Assembly (NCBI GenBank): GCA_045532945.1
Contig: JAZSGZ010000013.1
Span: forward strand, 41,900 to 105,899
Direction: 5' to 3'
Source: Acutalibacteraceae bacterium
GTDB taxonomy: Bacteria; Bacillota; Clostridia; Oscillospirales; Acutalibacteraceae
Length of the DNA: 64,000 bases
Position 1 is the first letter of the stretch. Each line of letters opens with the position of its first letter. The notes below the pieces were generated by a model. It searched no databases. It was given only the letters and a program-made list of their open reading frames with translations, and had not been told where the DNA came from. Shown piece after piece: positions 1-8,639 of the stretch. Both the position numbers and the translations under genes were made by a program.

Positions 1-1
1 T

Positions 2-235
2 GCAATCGAGGGTACTTGGGATGCAGCACAGGGTCAGATTAAGGATGTTGTAAACAATGTTGTGTTTCCTGCTGTCGATTTAATCCTTGCTGTCCTTTTC
101 TTTGTTAAGCTTGGTACTGCTTACTTCGATTACAGAAAACACGGTCAGTTTGAGTTTACTGCTCCAGCAATTCTTTTCGCATGTTTGCTCTTTACACTTA
201 CAGCTCCTCTTTACATCTGGACAATTCTTTCATAA
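2..235 (+). CDS. small two-helix membrane protein, C-terminal part (start is upstream of the window); possible VirB2/TrbC-like T4SS subunit
   Basis: Frame open from the window edge to TAA 233-235 (...AVDLILAVLFFVKLGTAYFDYRKHGQFEFTAPAILFACLLFTLTAPLYIWTILS). Two hydrophobic segments. Heads the transfer cluster. Absent from the ORF track because it has no start codon. Confidence 0.4.
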   Translation, partial: AIEGTWDAAQGQIKDVVNNVVFPAVDLILAVLFFVKLGTAYFDYRKHGQFEFTAPAILFACLLFTLTAPLYIWTILS

Positions 236-245
236 GGAGCAAACT

Positions 246-653
246 ATGGATTTTTTTGAAAAAGAAATGCGAACCTTATTTGGAGATAACACAGTTATGT
301 CAGACCTCAAGTTTACAGGCAAAACTATGCTCGGAAGACTTGACGAAAACAAGCTGTGTAAGCTCCAGTTTGTAACAACAGGAACAGCAGGCAAATATAC
401 TGCAATTCAGTCAACCATAATCAATTCTGATGATGGTGTAATTGATAAACAGCTTTTCAAATTTTCTGATATAATCGGTTATTTCTGTAGTTCACTTTCA
501 GATAAAATTGAACCCTATATGTGGGATTATAATAAACCGGAGTGGTACACAAAAGTATCTCAGTCCGACAAAGCTAAAATTGCAGATACTGTCCTTGAGT
601 ATGTCGAAATGTTTCAGGACCAAAGCTATGCGATGGGTATGCAATTTAAATAA
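246..653 (+). CDS. hypothetical protein (135 aa) of the transfer module
   Basis: ATG 246 follows AAGGAG at 234-239. The track start at 87 would overlap the preceding membrane-protein gene. No recognisable motif. Confidence 0.5.
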   Translation: MDFFEKEMRTLFGDNTVMSDLKFTGKTMLGRLDENKLCKLQFVTTGTAGKYTAIQSTIINSDDGVIDKQLFKFSDIIGYFCSSLSDKIEPYMWDYNKPEWYTKVSQSDKAKIADTVLEYVEMFQDQSYAMGMQFK

Positions 654-740
654 AACTACAAGTTTTGAATTCCCATTTTATTGTACTGACTGTGGTTTTT
701 TAGTACTATTTTTCCATAATAAATATTTGTGGAGTTTAAT

Positions 741-1244
741 ATGGGAAATACTTGTTGTTTTACAGGTCACAGACCACAGAATTTACCATTTGGTTTTAAT
801 GAGGAAGAAGATGCATGCAAAAAATTAAAAGCATTACTGCTTAATTCAATTGTTTTGCTTATCACTAAATACAATGTTGACAATTTTATTTCAGGAATGG
901 CGTTAGGTGTGGATATGTATGCTGCTGAAATCGTATTAGAATTGAAGAAAACATACCCACACATTAAATTAGAAGCAGCTATTCCGTTTGAAGAACAATC
1001 AGTAAAGTGGTCAGAACCTTTTAGAGATAGATATTATGATATTTTAGCCAAATGTGATAAAGAATCTATGTTACAGTACCACTACACTTCAGATTGTATG
1101 CAAAAAAGGAATAAATATATGGTTGACAATTCCGATTATATAATTGCAGTTTGGGATGGAAAGCCAAGTGGAACAGGAAACACAGTAAAATATGCAAAAC
1201 AAAAAAATAAAAAAATCTTAATAATAAATCCATCGGATTTATGA
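741..1244 (+). CDS. SLOG-fold / DUF1273 (YpsA-like) family protein
   Basis: N-terminal CFTGHRPQNLPF motif, GMALGVD, and C-terminal ...VWDGKPSGTGNTVKYA, typical of DUF1273/SLOG proteins. ATG 741 sits after GGAG. Confidence 0.6.
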   Translation: MGNTCCFTGHRPQNLPFGFNEEEDACKKLKALLLNSIVLLITKYNVDNFISGMALGVDMYAAEIVLELKKTYPHIKLEAAIPFEEQSVKWSEPFRDRYYDILAKCDKESMLQYHYTSDCMQKRNKYMVDNSDYIIAVWDGKPSGTGNTVKYAKQKNKKILIINPSDL

Positions 1245-1280
1245 GAGCAAGACGAGGTTTTCTCGTCTTGCTCTTTTTTT
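1245..1280 (+). terminator. rho-independent terminator
   Basis: Perfect 12-bp stem gagcaagacgag / ctcgtcttgctc (1245-1256, 1262-1273) followed by T7. Confidence 0.8.
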
Positions 1281-1288
1281 GACAGGAG

Positions 1289-2233
1289 GTGCAGCCTTTG
1301 TTTGATTGGGTGACAGATATAGTTGAAGCCATAGGTGGTACTGTTTCCGAAACAGTTGCATCAATGGGTGAAGCTATTGCAGAATCAATATTCGGAGCAT
1401 TTCTCCAATGGATATATGAAATAGTATTCGGTGCAATAGCAGACTTTTTCACATACATCACTTCAATGGGAGCTGAATTATTTGATTTGGATTGGGTGAA
1501 AGCCGTAATCCTTCTTTTTACAACCTTCGGATGGGCATTGTTTGTTGCCGGAGTTGTAGTAGCCGTATTCGATACGGCAATTGAATATCAAAATGGTAGG
1601 GCTAACATCAAAAGCACAGCAATAAACATTTTAAAGGGTTTCTTTGCTTGTTCTTTAATTGGTGTTGTCCCAGTTGAGTTATATAAATTATGTATCACTT
1701 TACAAAACACTTTTGCACACGATTTAGCTTCGCTCGCAGGTGCAAATGCGGCTCGTGATATTGGGCAGTTGTGTTCAGATGTAATGAAAATATATTTCGA
1801 TATGAAGACAGGTTCATTACATATAAGTTTGTTTAGCTTACTTGCTCTTATTGCCTTTGCATACTGCGTTGTTAAAGTGTTCTTCCAAAACATTAAACGA
1901 GGTGGAATATTACTCATTCAGATGACTGTCGGTGCTTTATATATGTTCTCTGTACCAAGAGGATATACCGATGGTTTTAATCAATGGATGAAACAGATTG
2001 CTGCGTTATGTTTAACTGCATTTATGCAGACAACTTTGCTGTATCTTGGTTTAATGACATTCAAAACAAGTATGTTATTAGGTCTCGGTATTATGTTAGC
2101 AGCTAATGAAGTTCCACGAATTGCACAACAGTTCGGTCTCGATAGTTCAGTAAGAGTTAATATGATGAGTGTATTCCATGCATCAACTACTGCTGTAAAT
2201 TTGGGGCGAACAATTGTAAAAGCATTTAAATAA
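1289..2233 (+). CDS. VirB6/TrbL-like polytopic T4SS membrane protein
   Basis: About 310 aa with multiple hydrophobic helices, directly upstream of PrgI- and VirB4-like genes. AGGAGG at 1284-1289 makes the in-frame TTG 1298 the more likely start than GTG 1289. Confidence 0.55.
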   Translation: MQPLFDWVTDIVEAIGGTVSETVASMGEAIAESIFGAFLQWIYEIVFGAIADFFTYITSMGAELFDLDWVKAVILLFTTFGWALFVAGVVVAVFDTAIEYQNGRANIKSTAINILKGFFACSLIGVVPVELYKLCITLQNTFAHDLASLAGANAARDIGQLCSDVMKIYFDMKTGSLHISLFSLLALIAFAYCVVKVFFQNIKRGGILLIQMTVGALYMFSVPRGYTDGFNQWMKQIAALCLTAFMQTTLLYLGLMTFKTSMLLGLGIMLAANEVPRIAQQFGLDSSVRVNMMSVFHASTTAVNLGRTIVKAFK

Positions 2234-2247
2234 TTTGGAGGTGTAAA

Positions 2248-2508
2248 ATGAAAACATATATTTATCCACAGAACTTGAAAGCTACAGCAAATATATGGCT
2301 TTGGGGATTGAAAGAATTCTGCATTTTAGGAATCGCAGGTCTCATATCAATAGTTTTCTTGGTACGATTTACATTCGTAATTCCCTTTGCATTAACATTA
2401 TGCTATGGCTTTCTTACAATAAGAGTTGACGATATAACAATTCTTGATTTTATAAAATACGCAGGTAGATACCTTATATCTACACAGCAATACTTTGAAT
2501 GGAGGTAA
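2248..2508 (+). CDS. PrgI/VirB3-like small T4SS membrane protein
   Basis: 86 aa with two TM helices, immediately preceding VirB4 as in Gram-positive T4SS loci. GGAGG RBS present. Confidence 0.6.
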   Translation: MKTYIYPQNLKATANIWLWGLKEFCILGIAGLISIVFLVRFTFVIPFALTLCYGFLTIRVDDITILDFIKYAGRYLISTQQYFEWR

Positions 2509-2514
2509 CAGCCG

Positions 2515-3132
2515 ATGAAATTAAAAAGAAAAGATGTTTCGGTTCAGGAACTTTTGGGAATAAAGAGTTTTACAAAGTATGGGCTTTCCACTAAAAATGG
2601 AGAGCTTTTATTTTTTAACATTACTCCCACAAACATATCAGTTCTTTCAAAAGCAAGTATTGAAACAAAGATATATCACTTGATGATGGTTTTATCGTCA
2701 GTTCCCGATATTGAAATTGTGTGTGCCGATGCAAGTGAGTGCTTTGATGAGAACAAAAGATACCTGCAAGAAAGAAAACTTGCAGAGGAATCACATAAGG
2801 TCAGAAGAATAATTGAAAAGGACATTGTGTTCCTTGATAAAATCCAAACTGAAATGGCAACAGCCCGTCAGTTTATGTTAATCGGCAGATGTAAAAATGC
2901 AAAACCCGAACAGGTGTTTACCACACTTAATAACATAGAAAAGGTTATTTCTGAACAGGGATTCGAGGTTCAGAGAATGGGCAAGGATGATATAAAAAGA
3001 TTTATTGCCCTTTACTTTGATTCATCATTTAACGGTGAAAGACTTCCCGATGTTGACGGTCAGCAATATTTTGATTTAAGTGACGGTTTTTCAGGTTTTG
3101 ACAGAGAGGAGTTTTTTTATGAAAAGAAATAA
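2515..3132 (+). CDS. VirB4-family N-terminal domain encoded as a separate ORF (split or frameshifted VirB4)
   Basis: 205 aa resembling the N-terminus of Firmicutes VirB4/TcpF-type ATPases. Overlaps the next ORF by 14 nt. The T7 run at 3112-3118 sits at the junction, and loss of one T fuses both ORFs in frame. Confidence 0.55.
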   Translation: MKLKRKDVSVQELLGIKSFTKYGLSTKNGELLFFNITPTNISVLSKASIETKIYHLMMVLSSVPDIEIVCADASECFDENKRYLQERKLAEESHKVRRIIEKDIVFLDKIQTEMATARQFMLIGRCKNAKPEQVFTTLNNIEKVISEQGFEVQRMGKDDIKRFIALYFDSSFNGERLPDVDGQQYFDLSDGFSGFDREEFFYEKK

Positions 3133-4954
3133 GGAAGAAGTAATATTAACAGAGGAACAGAAAGAAGAAATTCGCACCAAAGATTTCTTTGACTGTGTCT
3201 GCCCAAGTACAATAAAGTTTCTTTCCGACCATTATATTGTTGGTGACAGTTTCCGTTGTGTATGGGCGATAAGAGAATATCCTCCAACAACAGAAGAACA
3301 GGCTATTCTCGCTCAGCTTGCAGACAGAAATGGTGTAACCCTTCGCATATATCATCGCTTGGTTGACCATACAGAGCAGCGTAAAATCATTCAGAATGCA
3401 ACAAGAAGAAACACTCTCAAAAGCACAGGTAATGATGTTAATGAAACTGTTGAAGCTGAAGGTAATTTACAGGATGTGGTTGACCTTCTCGCAAATATGA
3501 GAAAAAACAAGGAAGTCCTCCTTCATTGTGCCGTGTACATTGAACTTAAAGCAAAAAGCTATGAAGCACTCAAAGAACTTCAGAGTGACATATCAATGGA
3601 ACTTACTCGTTCAAAAATTATCGTTGACCGTCTTACATTAAGGCAGAAAGAAGGTTTCTTGTCGGTAATGCCTATGGGTTCAAACATGTTCGGTACACAG
3701 TTTGAAAGAGTATTGCCGGTATCAAGTGTAGCCAATCTCTATCCTTTCAACTTCTCAGGTAAAACCGATCCTCACGGAATATATATCGGACGAGATAAAT
3801 ACGGCACAAATATCCTTGTTGATTTCGACCACAGAGCTGAAGACAAAACCAATGCCAATGCCCTTATTCTCGGTAACTCAGGTCAGGGTAAAAGTTTCCT
3901 TATGAAACTTATGCTTACCAATATTCGTGAATCAGGAAAAAGAATTGTATGTCTTGACCCCGAATCTGAATATGAGGAATTGACAGAAACTCTTGGTGGT
4001 TGCTATATTGACCTTATGTCCGGTGAATACATCATAAACATACTTGAACCGAAGGAATGGTCTGATAATGAAAACGATTATAGCAAGGAAGATCCCGAAG
4101 CGTTCAGACGAGTTACAAGACTCAGTCAGCACATTGCTTTCTTGAAAGACTTTTTCAGAAGCTATAAAGATTTCACGGATGCACAGATTGATACTCTTGA
4201 AATTCTCCTCGGAAAGCTTTACGGTAACTTTGGTATTACCGATACAACCGATTTTTCAAGACTCAAGGCAACCGACTATCCTATTATGACTGACTTGTAC
4301 AATCTCTGCGATGCTGAATTCAAGGCATATAACAAAGAAGAAAAAAATCTTTATACAGAAGAAATACTTCAGGAAATCTGTCTTGGTATCAACTCAATGT
4401 GTGTAGGTGCTGAATCAAAATATTTTAATGGTTACACCAACATTACAGATGATGCCTTCTTGTGCTTCGGTGTTAAAGGTTTGCTTGATACCAACAAGCG
4501 ATTAAAGGATGCTATGTTGTTTAACATCCTCTCATATATGAGCAATCAGCTTTTAGGTGTGGGTAATACAGTTGCATCAATTGATGAGCTTTACCTCTTC
4601 TTAACCAATATGACTGCTATTGAATATATCCGAAATGCAATGAAACGAGTTCGTAAAAAGGACTCTGCTATTATTATTGCGAGTCAGAATATTGAGGATT
4701 TCTTAATTCCTACAATCCGTGAATTTACAAAACCAATGTTCAGTATTCCTACTCACCAATTCTTGTTCAACCCTGGTAGTATCAATCCCAAAGAATATAT
4801 GGAAGCTCTCCAGATAGAGCCGAGCGAATTTGAATTGATTAAGTATCCTGAACGTGGTACTTGCTTGTATAGATGTGGTAACGAAAGATATCTTCTCCAA
4901 GTTATTGCACCCGAATACAAGACTAAACTTTTCGGTAAATCAGGTGGTAGATAA
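3119..4954 (+). CDS. virB4: VirB4-like conjugative transfer ATPase (ATPase body)
   Basis: Walker A LILGNSGQGKSF. Walker B-like IDELYLF. GAGAGGAG RBS before ATG 3119. Confidence 0.85.
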   Translation: MKRNKEEVILTEEQKEEIRTKDFFDCVCPSTIKFLSDHYIVGDSFRCVWAIREYPPTTEEQAILAQLADRNGVTLRIYHRLVDHTEQRKIIQNATRRNTLKSTGNDVNETVEAEGNLQDVVDLLANMRKNKEVLLHCAVYIELKAKSYEALKELQSDISMELTRSKIIVDRLTLRQKEGFLSVMPMGSNMFGTQFERVLPVSSVANLYPFNFSGKTDPHGIYIGRDKYGTNILVDFDHRAEDKTNANALILGNSGQGKSFLMKLMLTNIRESGKRIVCLDPESEYEELTETLGGCYIDLMSGEYIINILEPKEWSDNENDYSKEDPEAFRRVTRLSQHIAFLKDFFRSYKDFTDAQIDTLEILLGKLYGNFGITDTTDFSRLKATDYPIMTDLYNLCDAEFKAYNKEEKNLYTEEILQEICLGINSMCVGAESKYFNGYTNITDDAFLCFGVKGLLDTNKRLKDAMLFNILSYMSNQLLGVGNTVASIDELYLFLTNMTAIEYIRNAMKRVRKKDSAIIIASQNIEDFLIPTIREFTKPMFSIPTHQFLFNPGSINPKEYMEALQIEPSEFELIKYPERGTCLYRCGNERYLLQVIAPEYKTKLFGKSGGR

Positions 4955-6009
4955 TGAGTGCTACCGTTGCCGCCGCTTTGAAAAAGATAGCGGTATCTAT
5001 ACTTACGAATCCGAAAATTCTAAAAAAAGTTTTATGTATTGTTCTTGTTCTTGTCATAGCACTTGCTACTCCACTACTCGCTGTTTATGCAGCTCTTACT
5101 GGTAAAGTAGAAGTTGATATTGATGGAATTGCAGAGAACTATATGGAGAACTTAAATGATGCACAAGTTAGAAAATTACAAAAAATGAATGACACAATGT
5201 TGGCTGTTGAATCTGCATTAAACGAAGCAGAACTCGGTGGGCATTATCGAGAAGCTCAGGTGCTGTATGCACTTGGGCTTTTTGATTTTTCAGACAATGA
5301 AAACTTCGCAAGTGATTTGGCAAGTTGCTTTAAAGATGACTTGTCAGATGCAGAATTGGTTGAGCTTGTTAACACAAAATTCGGTAGTGAAATAGATGCC
5401 GAAGAATACTCTACCGTAGTTAAAGATATTCGCAGTACCTACATTGACTCATCAGGATTTACCAATAACGGATACAAAAATAACATTGACCTTTGCATAT
5501 GGGCTGAAGAAGCAGTTGCAAATGGTTGGGGTTATGTATACGGAACATACGGAACAGTCCTCACACAAAAAATTCTCGACATAAAGGTAAAACAATATCC
5601 CGATGAGGTTGGTGGGAAATATGACTTCATCAAAAGTAATTGGCTTGGTGGTAGAACAGCCGACTGTGTAGGTCTCATAAAAGGATACAGTTGGCTTGAT
5701 GAAGCAACAGGTCAAATCAATTACGGAACGAATGGTATGCCCGATATTGGTGCTGACGGAATGTATTCTGCAGCTACGGAGAAAGGCACAATAGATACCA
5801 TTCCCGAAATACCCGGAGTAGCAGTTTGGCACAACGGTCACATCGGTATATATATCGGTGATGGTTATGTAATCCAAGCAGCTAACACAAAAAAAGGTGT
5901 TATAAAAACACCTTTGTCATATAACAGTTGGACTCATTGGTTGAAGATTCCATACATCACATACATCGAAGAAGAAACAACCAGTGAGCCGACAACAAAA
6001 ATTTTATAG
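4954..6009 (+). CDS. membrane-anchored NlpC/P60 cell-wall hydrolase (VirB1/TcpG functional analogue)
   Basis: N-terminal TM helix. C-terminal NlpC/P60 signature with Cys in GGRTADCVGLIKGY and His in WHNGHIGIYIGDG. Confidence 0.8.
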   Translation: MSATVAAALKKIAVSILTNPKILKKVLCIVLVLVIALATPLLAVYAALTGKVEVDIDGIAENYMENLNDAQVRKLQKMNDTMLAVESALNEAELGGHYREAQVLYALGLFDFSDNENFASDLASCFKDDLSDAELVELVNTKFGSEIDAEEYSTVVKDIRSTYIDSSGFTNNGYKNNIDLCIWAEEAVANGWGYVYGTYGTVLTQKILDIKVKQYPDEVGGKYDFIKSNWLGGRTADCVGLIKGYSWLDEATGQINYGTNGMPDIGADGMYSAATEKGTIDTIPEIPGVAVWHNGHIGIYIGDGYVIQAANTKKGVIKTPLSYNSWTHWLKIPYITYIEEETTSEPTTKIL

Positions 6010-6024
6010 AAAGAAGTTGATAAT

Positions 6025-6582
6025 ATGAGTACACGAAGTTTAATTGCAATGCAAATCGGTGCTGATAAATACAGAACGATTTATTGCCATAGTGATGGCT
6101 ATCTCTCACATAACGGTGCCTTGCTTATAGACCACTATGATACACCCGAAAAAGTAAAAGAACTTATCGATATAGGTGGTATTTCATGCCTTGCTCCGAA
6201 TCTTAATCCCGATCCTTCGAAACCTCATGGCTTTGAGTATACAACAAGGCAAGACGGTGTGGTTGTTGCATACGGTAGAGATCGTGGCGAAAAAGGTATG
6301 GAAGCTAAAGAGTATACGTTCAATGAGCTTGACGATCCCAATTCATGGGCAGATTACATCTATGTTTATACCGAAGAAAACCGTTGGAAATTCTTCAGGC
6401 ACGGTTATTCACAGGAAGGTTTAAAAGAAATTGAACCTGTTCTTAAATTCCAGTATGAGCAGTTTGGTGTTGAAAGACCCGAAGGTTATTATGGCTTCGT
6501 TACCCAAGAAATAATCGATGAGCTTGATAAAGACGGGCGAATTACTTATCTTGACTCATCACCAGATTTGGAGGTGAAATAA
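6025..6582 (+). CDS. hypothetical protein (185 aa)
   Basis: Good RBS and coding periodicity; contains YCHSDGYLSHNG but no family recognised. Confidence 0.5.
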   Translation: MSTRSLIAMQIGADKYRTIYCHSDGYLSHNGALLIDHYDTPEKVKELIDIGGISCLAPNLNPDPSKPHGFEYTTRQDGVVVAYGRDRGEKGMEAKEYTFNELDDPNSWADYIYVYTEENRWKFFRHGYSQEGLKEIEPVLKFQYEQFGVERPEGYYGFVTQEIIDELDKDGRITYLDSSPDLEVK

Positions 6583-6583
6583 T

Positions 6584-7651
6584 ATGTTTTTTCAAACTTC
6601 ATTAGATAGAAATGAGCAACAGGCCACAACTCAGTATTGTTCTATCGTGGAGGTTGTTGAGTTATCTGAAAATGATTTTAATCTTTTGAAAAACAATACT
6701 ATGAAGAATTTTGACTTCATTGCTGAATATGCAAATCTTATGCACAAGGACGAAACAGGAACGAACAGATGTGTCCTCTATCTTCGTAAGAATTATGATG
6801 AAGGTATTATTGTAAATTCAGAAGGAACTGAGTTTGCTAAAAACTTTGCATATCTTCCGCAAGCAAGAACTTTATACCTTGCTGACGAGTCTTTTACTCT
6901 GCAACAGTTTATGAAGTCGATGTTACATATCAGAAATGATATCGTTGACAAAGCGGTAAAAGATCAGGATGATGGTGTTTTCAAAATCGATTTGGATGAG
7001 ATACATAAGTTCTATAAACCCGAAATCTTTTCTCCTACACTTCTTTATGAAATGCTTCGTGACAGGATTGAATTTGATACAGTAGAATTTGATGACGAAG
7101 AATTCGGTATGCGACTTTCTTCTGAATATGCTATGTTTGAAGATGAATCTGTATACAGGGAATTGGAAAAAGAGGAAATCGACATAATGGTTGCAAAGCA
7201 TGTGCTATGGCTTTATGACGAACCCGGTGGAGTACAGGCAAACTTTTCAGGTTGTCTTGTTTCTAACTACGACTTTTCTGATAGGTCGTTAAACAGTTCT
7301 ATTTTGAACAACGCAAAGTTCGTAAATTGCAATTTCACTAATGCTGAGTTGTGCTTCTCAATTTCTGACCACACTAAATTCGTCGATTGCAGTATGATTC
7401 GAATTACCGGTGAGGAAATGTCTTGCAGAAGTACAAAGTTTAAAGGTTGCAATCTCTTTATGGCAATGCTTACACATTCGAATTTTTCTGATGCGTTATT
7501 TTCACGAACTTCAGTTAGCAATGCTAATTTTACTAATTGTTGCATTGATAATACCGAGTGGATACATACCGATGAAAATGAGGCTAATCTGCGTAACATT
7601 AGTATGGATGAACAGGCTTGGTCAGATGAAGATATGAATATGACAATGTGA
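6584..7651 (+). CDS. pentapeptide-repeat protein with an unknown N-terminal domain
   Basis: The C-terminal ~130 aa are tandem A(D/N)LXX-type pentapeptides (ANFSGCLVSNYDFSDRSLNSSILNNAKFVNCNFTNAELCFS...SNANFTNCCIDNTEW). Confidence 0.75.
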   Translation: MFFQTSLDRNEQQATTQYCSIVEVVELSENDFNLLKNNTMKNFDFIAEYANLMHKDETGTNRCVLYLRKNYDEGIIVNSEGTEFAKNFAYLPQARTLYLADESFTLQQFMKSMLHIRNDIVDKAVKDQDDGVFKIDLDEIHKFYKPEIFSPTLLYEMLRDRIEFDTVEFDDEEFGMRLSSEYAMFEDESVYRELEKEEIDIMVAKHVLWLYDEPGGVQANFSGCLVSNYDFSDRSLNSSILNNAKFVNCNFTNAELCFSISDHTKFVDCSMIRITGEEMSCRSTKFKGCNLFMAMLTHSNFSDALFSRTSVSNANFTNCCIDNTEWIHTDENEANLRNISMDEQAWSDEDMNMTM

Positions 7652-7661
7652 GGTGTTGTAC

Positions 7662-7868
7662 ATGAAAAAGGTTTCAATAAGCATTGAATATGATGAAACT
7701 AAAACGAAGGCTTTAAAGTACTTCCTCGAACAAAAAGGTAATAAAAGTGTTTCAGAAAAATTGGTTGAAACATTAGATTCATTATATAAAAAGAATGTAC
7801 CGTTAAATGTCAGAGATTACATTGAATCAAGTTCAGATAATTCTAATTCAAACACGGGTAATAAATGA
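7662..7868 (+). CDS. small hypothetical protein (68 aa)
   Basis: ATG 7662 after GAGGTG. Last ORF of the T4SS operon. Confidence 0.4.
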   Translation: MKKVSISIEYDETKTKALKYFLEQKGNKSVSEKLVETLDSLYKKNVPLNVRDYIESSSDNSNSNTGNK

Positions 7869-8027
7869 CACTTAACTGCTGTTTGTTGCCGTTTGTTTGC
7901 CCCAAATTGACGAGTTGTACGAAAAATGGTTAAAGTACCCGAACACACAATAAAAAGCCGATAAAAACGGACGTTCAGGCTCTTGTATATAACGAGTAAT
8001 TTCGTCCGATTTTTATTGCAGGAATAA

Positions 8028-8056
8028 GCACAGGGGTTGCAAAAGCATCCCTGTGC
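8028..8056 (+). promoter_or_regulatory. candidate oriT inverted repeat
   Basis: Perfect 8-bp inverted repeat gcacaggg-N13-ccctgtgc in the 350-nt non-coding gap directly upstream of the RHH accessory and relaxase genes. Confidence 0.3.
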
Positions 8057-8217
8057 GATTACAGCAGACGGCGATGCCGACTGCATAAAGGGTTTCAAGG
8101 CTTTCAAAAAGTGGACTCCTATATTTTACAATTTTCCTCCAATTATGAGAATTAGCCGATAAATCCCATCGTTTCAAGGATTTCATAAGGACTCCTATAA
8201 ATTCTAAGAAGGAAGTG

Positions 8218-8634
8218 ATGCTTATGGCAGTTGATCCAAACAAAAAGAAATTTCATTTGTGGGTATATCCCGATGTGTTAAATAAAGTAAAAGAAATGTA
8301 TCAAGATGATGGTTGCAAAAGTCAATCAGAGTTTATTGAGAAAGCAATAAGATTTTATTGCGGATATCTTTCAACACAAAATACTGATGAATATCTACCT
8401 GAACTAATTGATAATTCACTCAAAAGCAGAGTGCAAAATTTGGAAGATAAAATGTGTAATCAATTCTTCAAAAACACTGTAGAGTTATCAATGTTACTCC
8501 ATGTCTTTTCTGCTTTAAACAACATATCAGAAGCTCAATTAGATGATCTTCGTGCTACTTGTGTCAAAGAGGTGCGCTCTCTAAATGGTTCAATTTCTTT
8601 TAAAAATGCATTAAGATATCAAAGACATAGGTAA
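8218..8634 (+). CDS. ribbon-helix-helix relaxosome accessory protein (MobC-like)
   Basis: RHH-type signature SQSEFIEKAIRFY. Immediately precedes the relaxase gene. Confidence 0.5.
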   Translation: MLMAVDPNKKKFHLWVYPDVLNKVKEMYQDDGCKSQSEFIEKAIRFYCGYLSTQNTDEYLPELIDNSLKSRVQNLEDKMCNQFFKNTVELSMLLHVFSALNNISEAQLDDLRATCVKEVRSLNGSISFKNALRYQRHR

Positions 8635-8639
8635 AGTAT

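Noticed and set aside
87-245. N-terminal extension of track ORF 87-653
   Set aside because: It overlaps the clearly coding upstream membrane-protein frame (2-235) and lacks an RBS. ATG 246 with AAGGAG is the sensible start.
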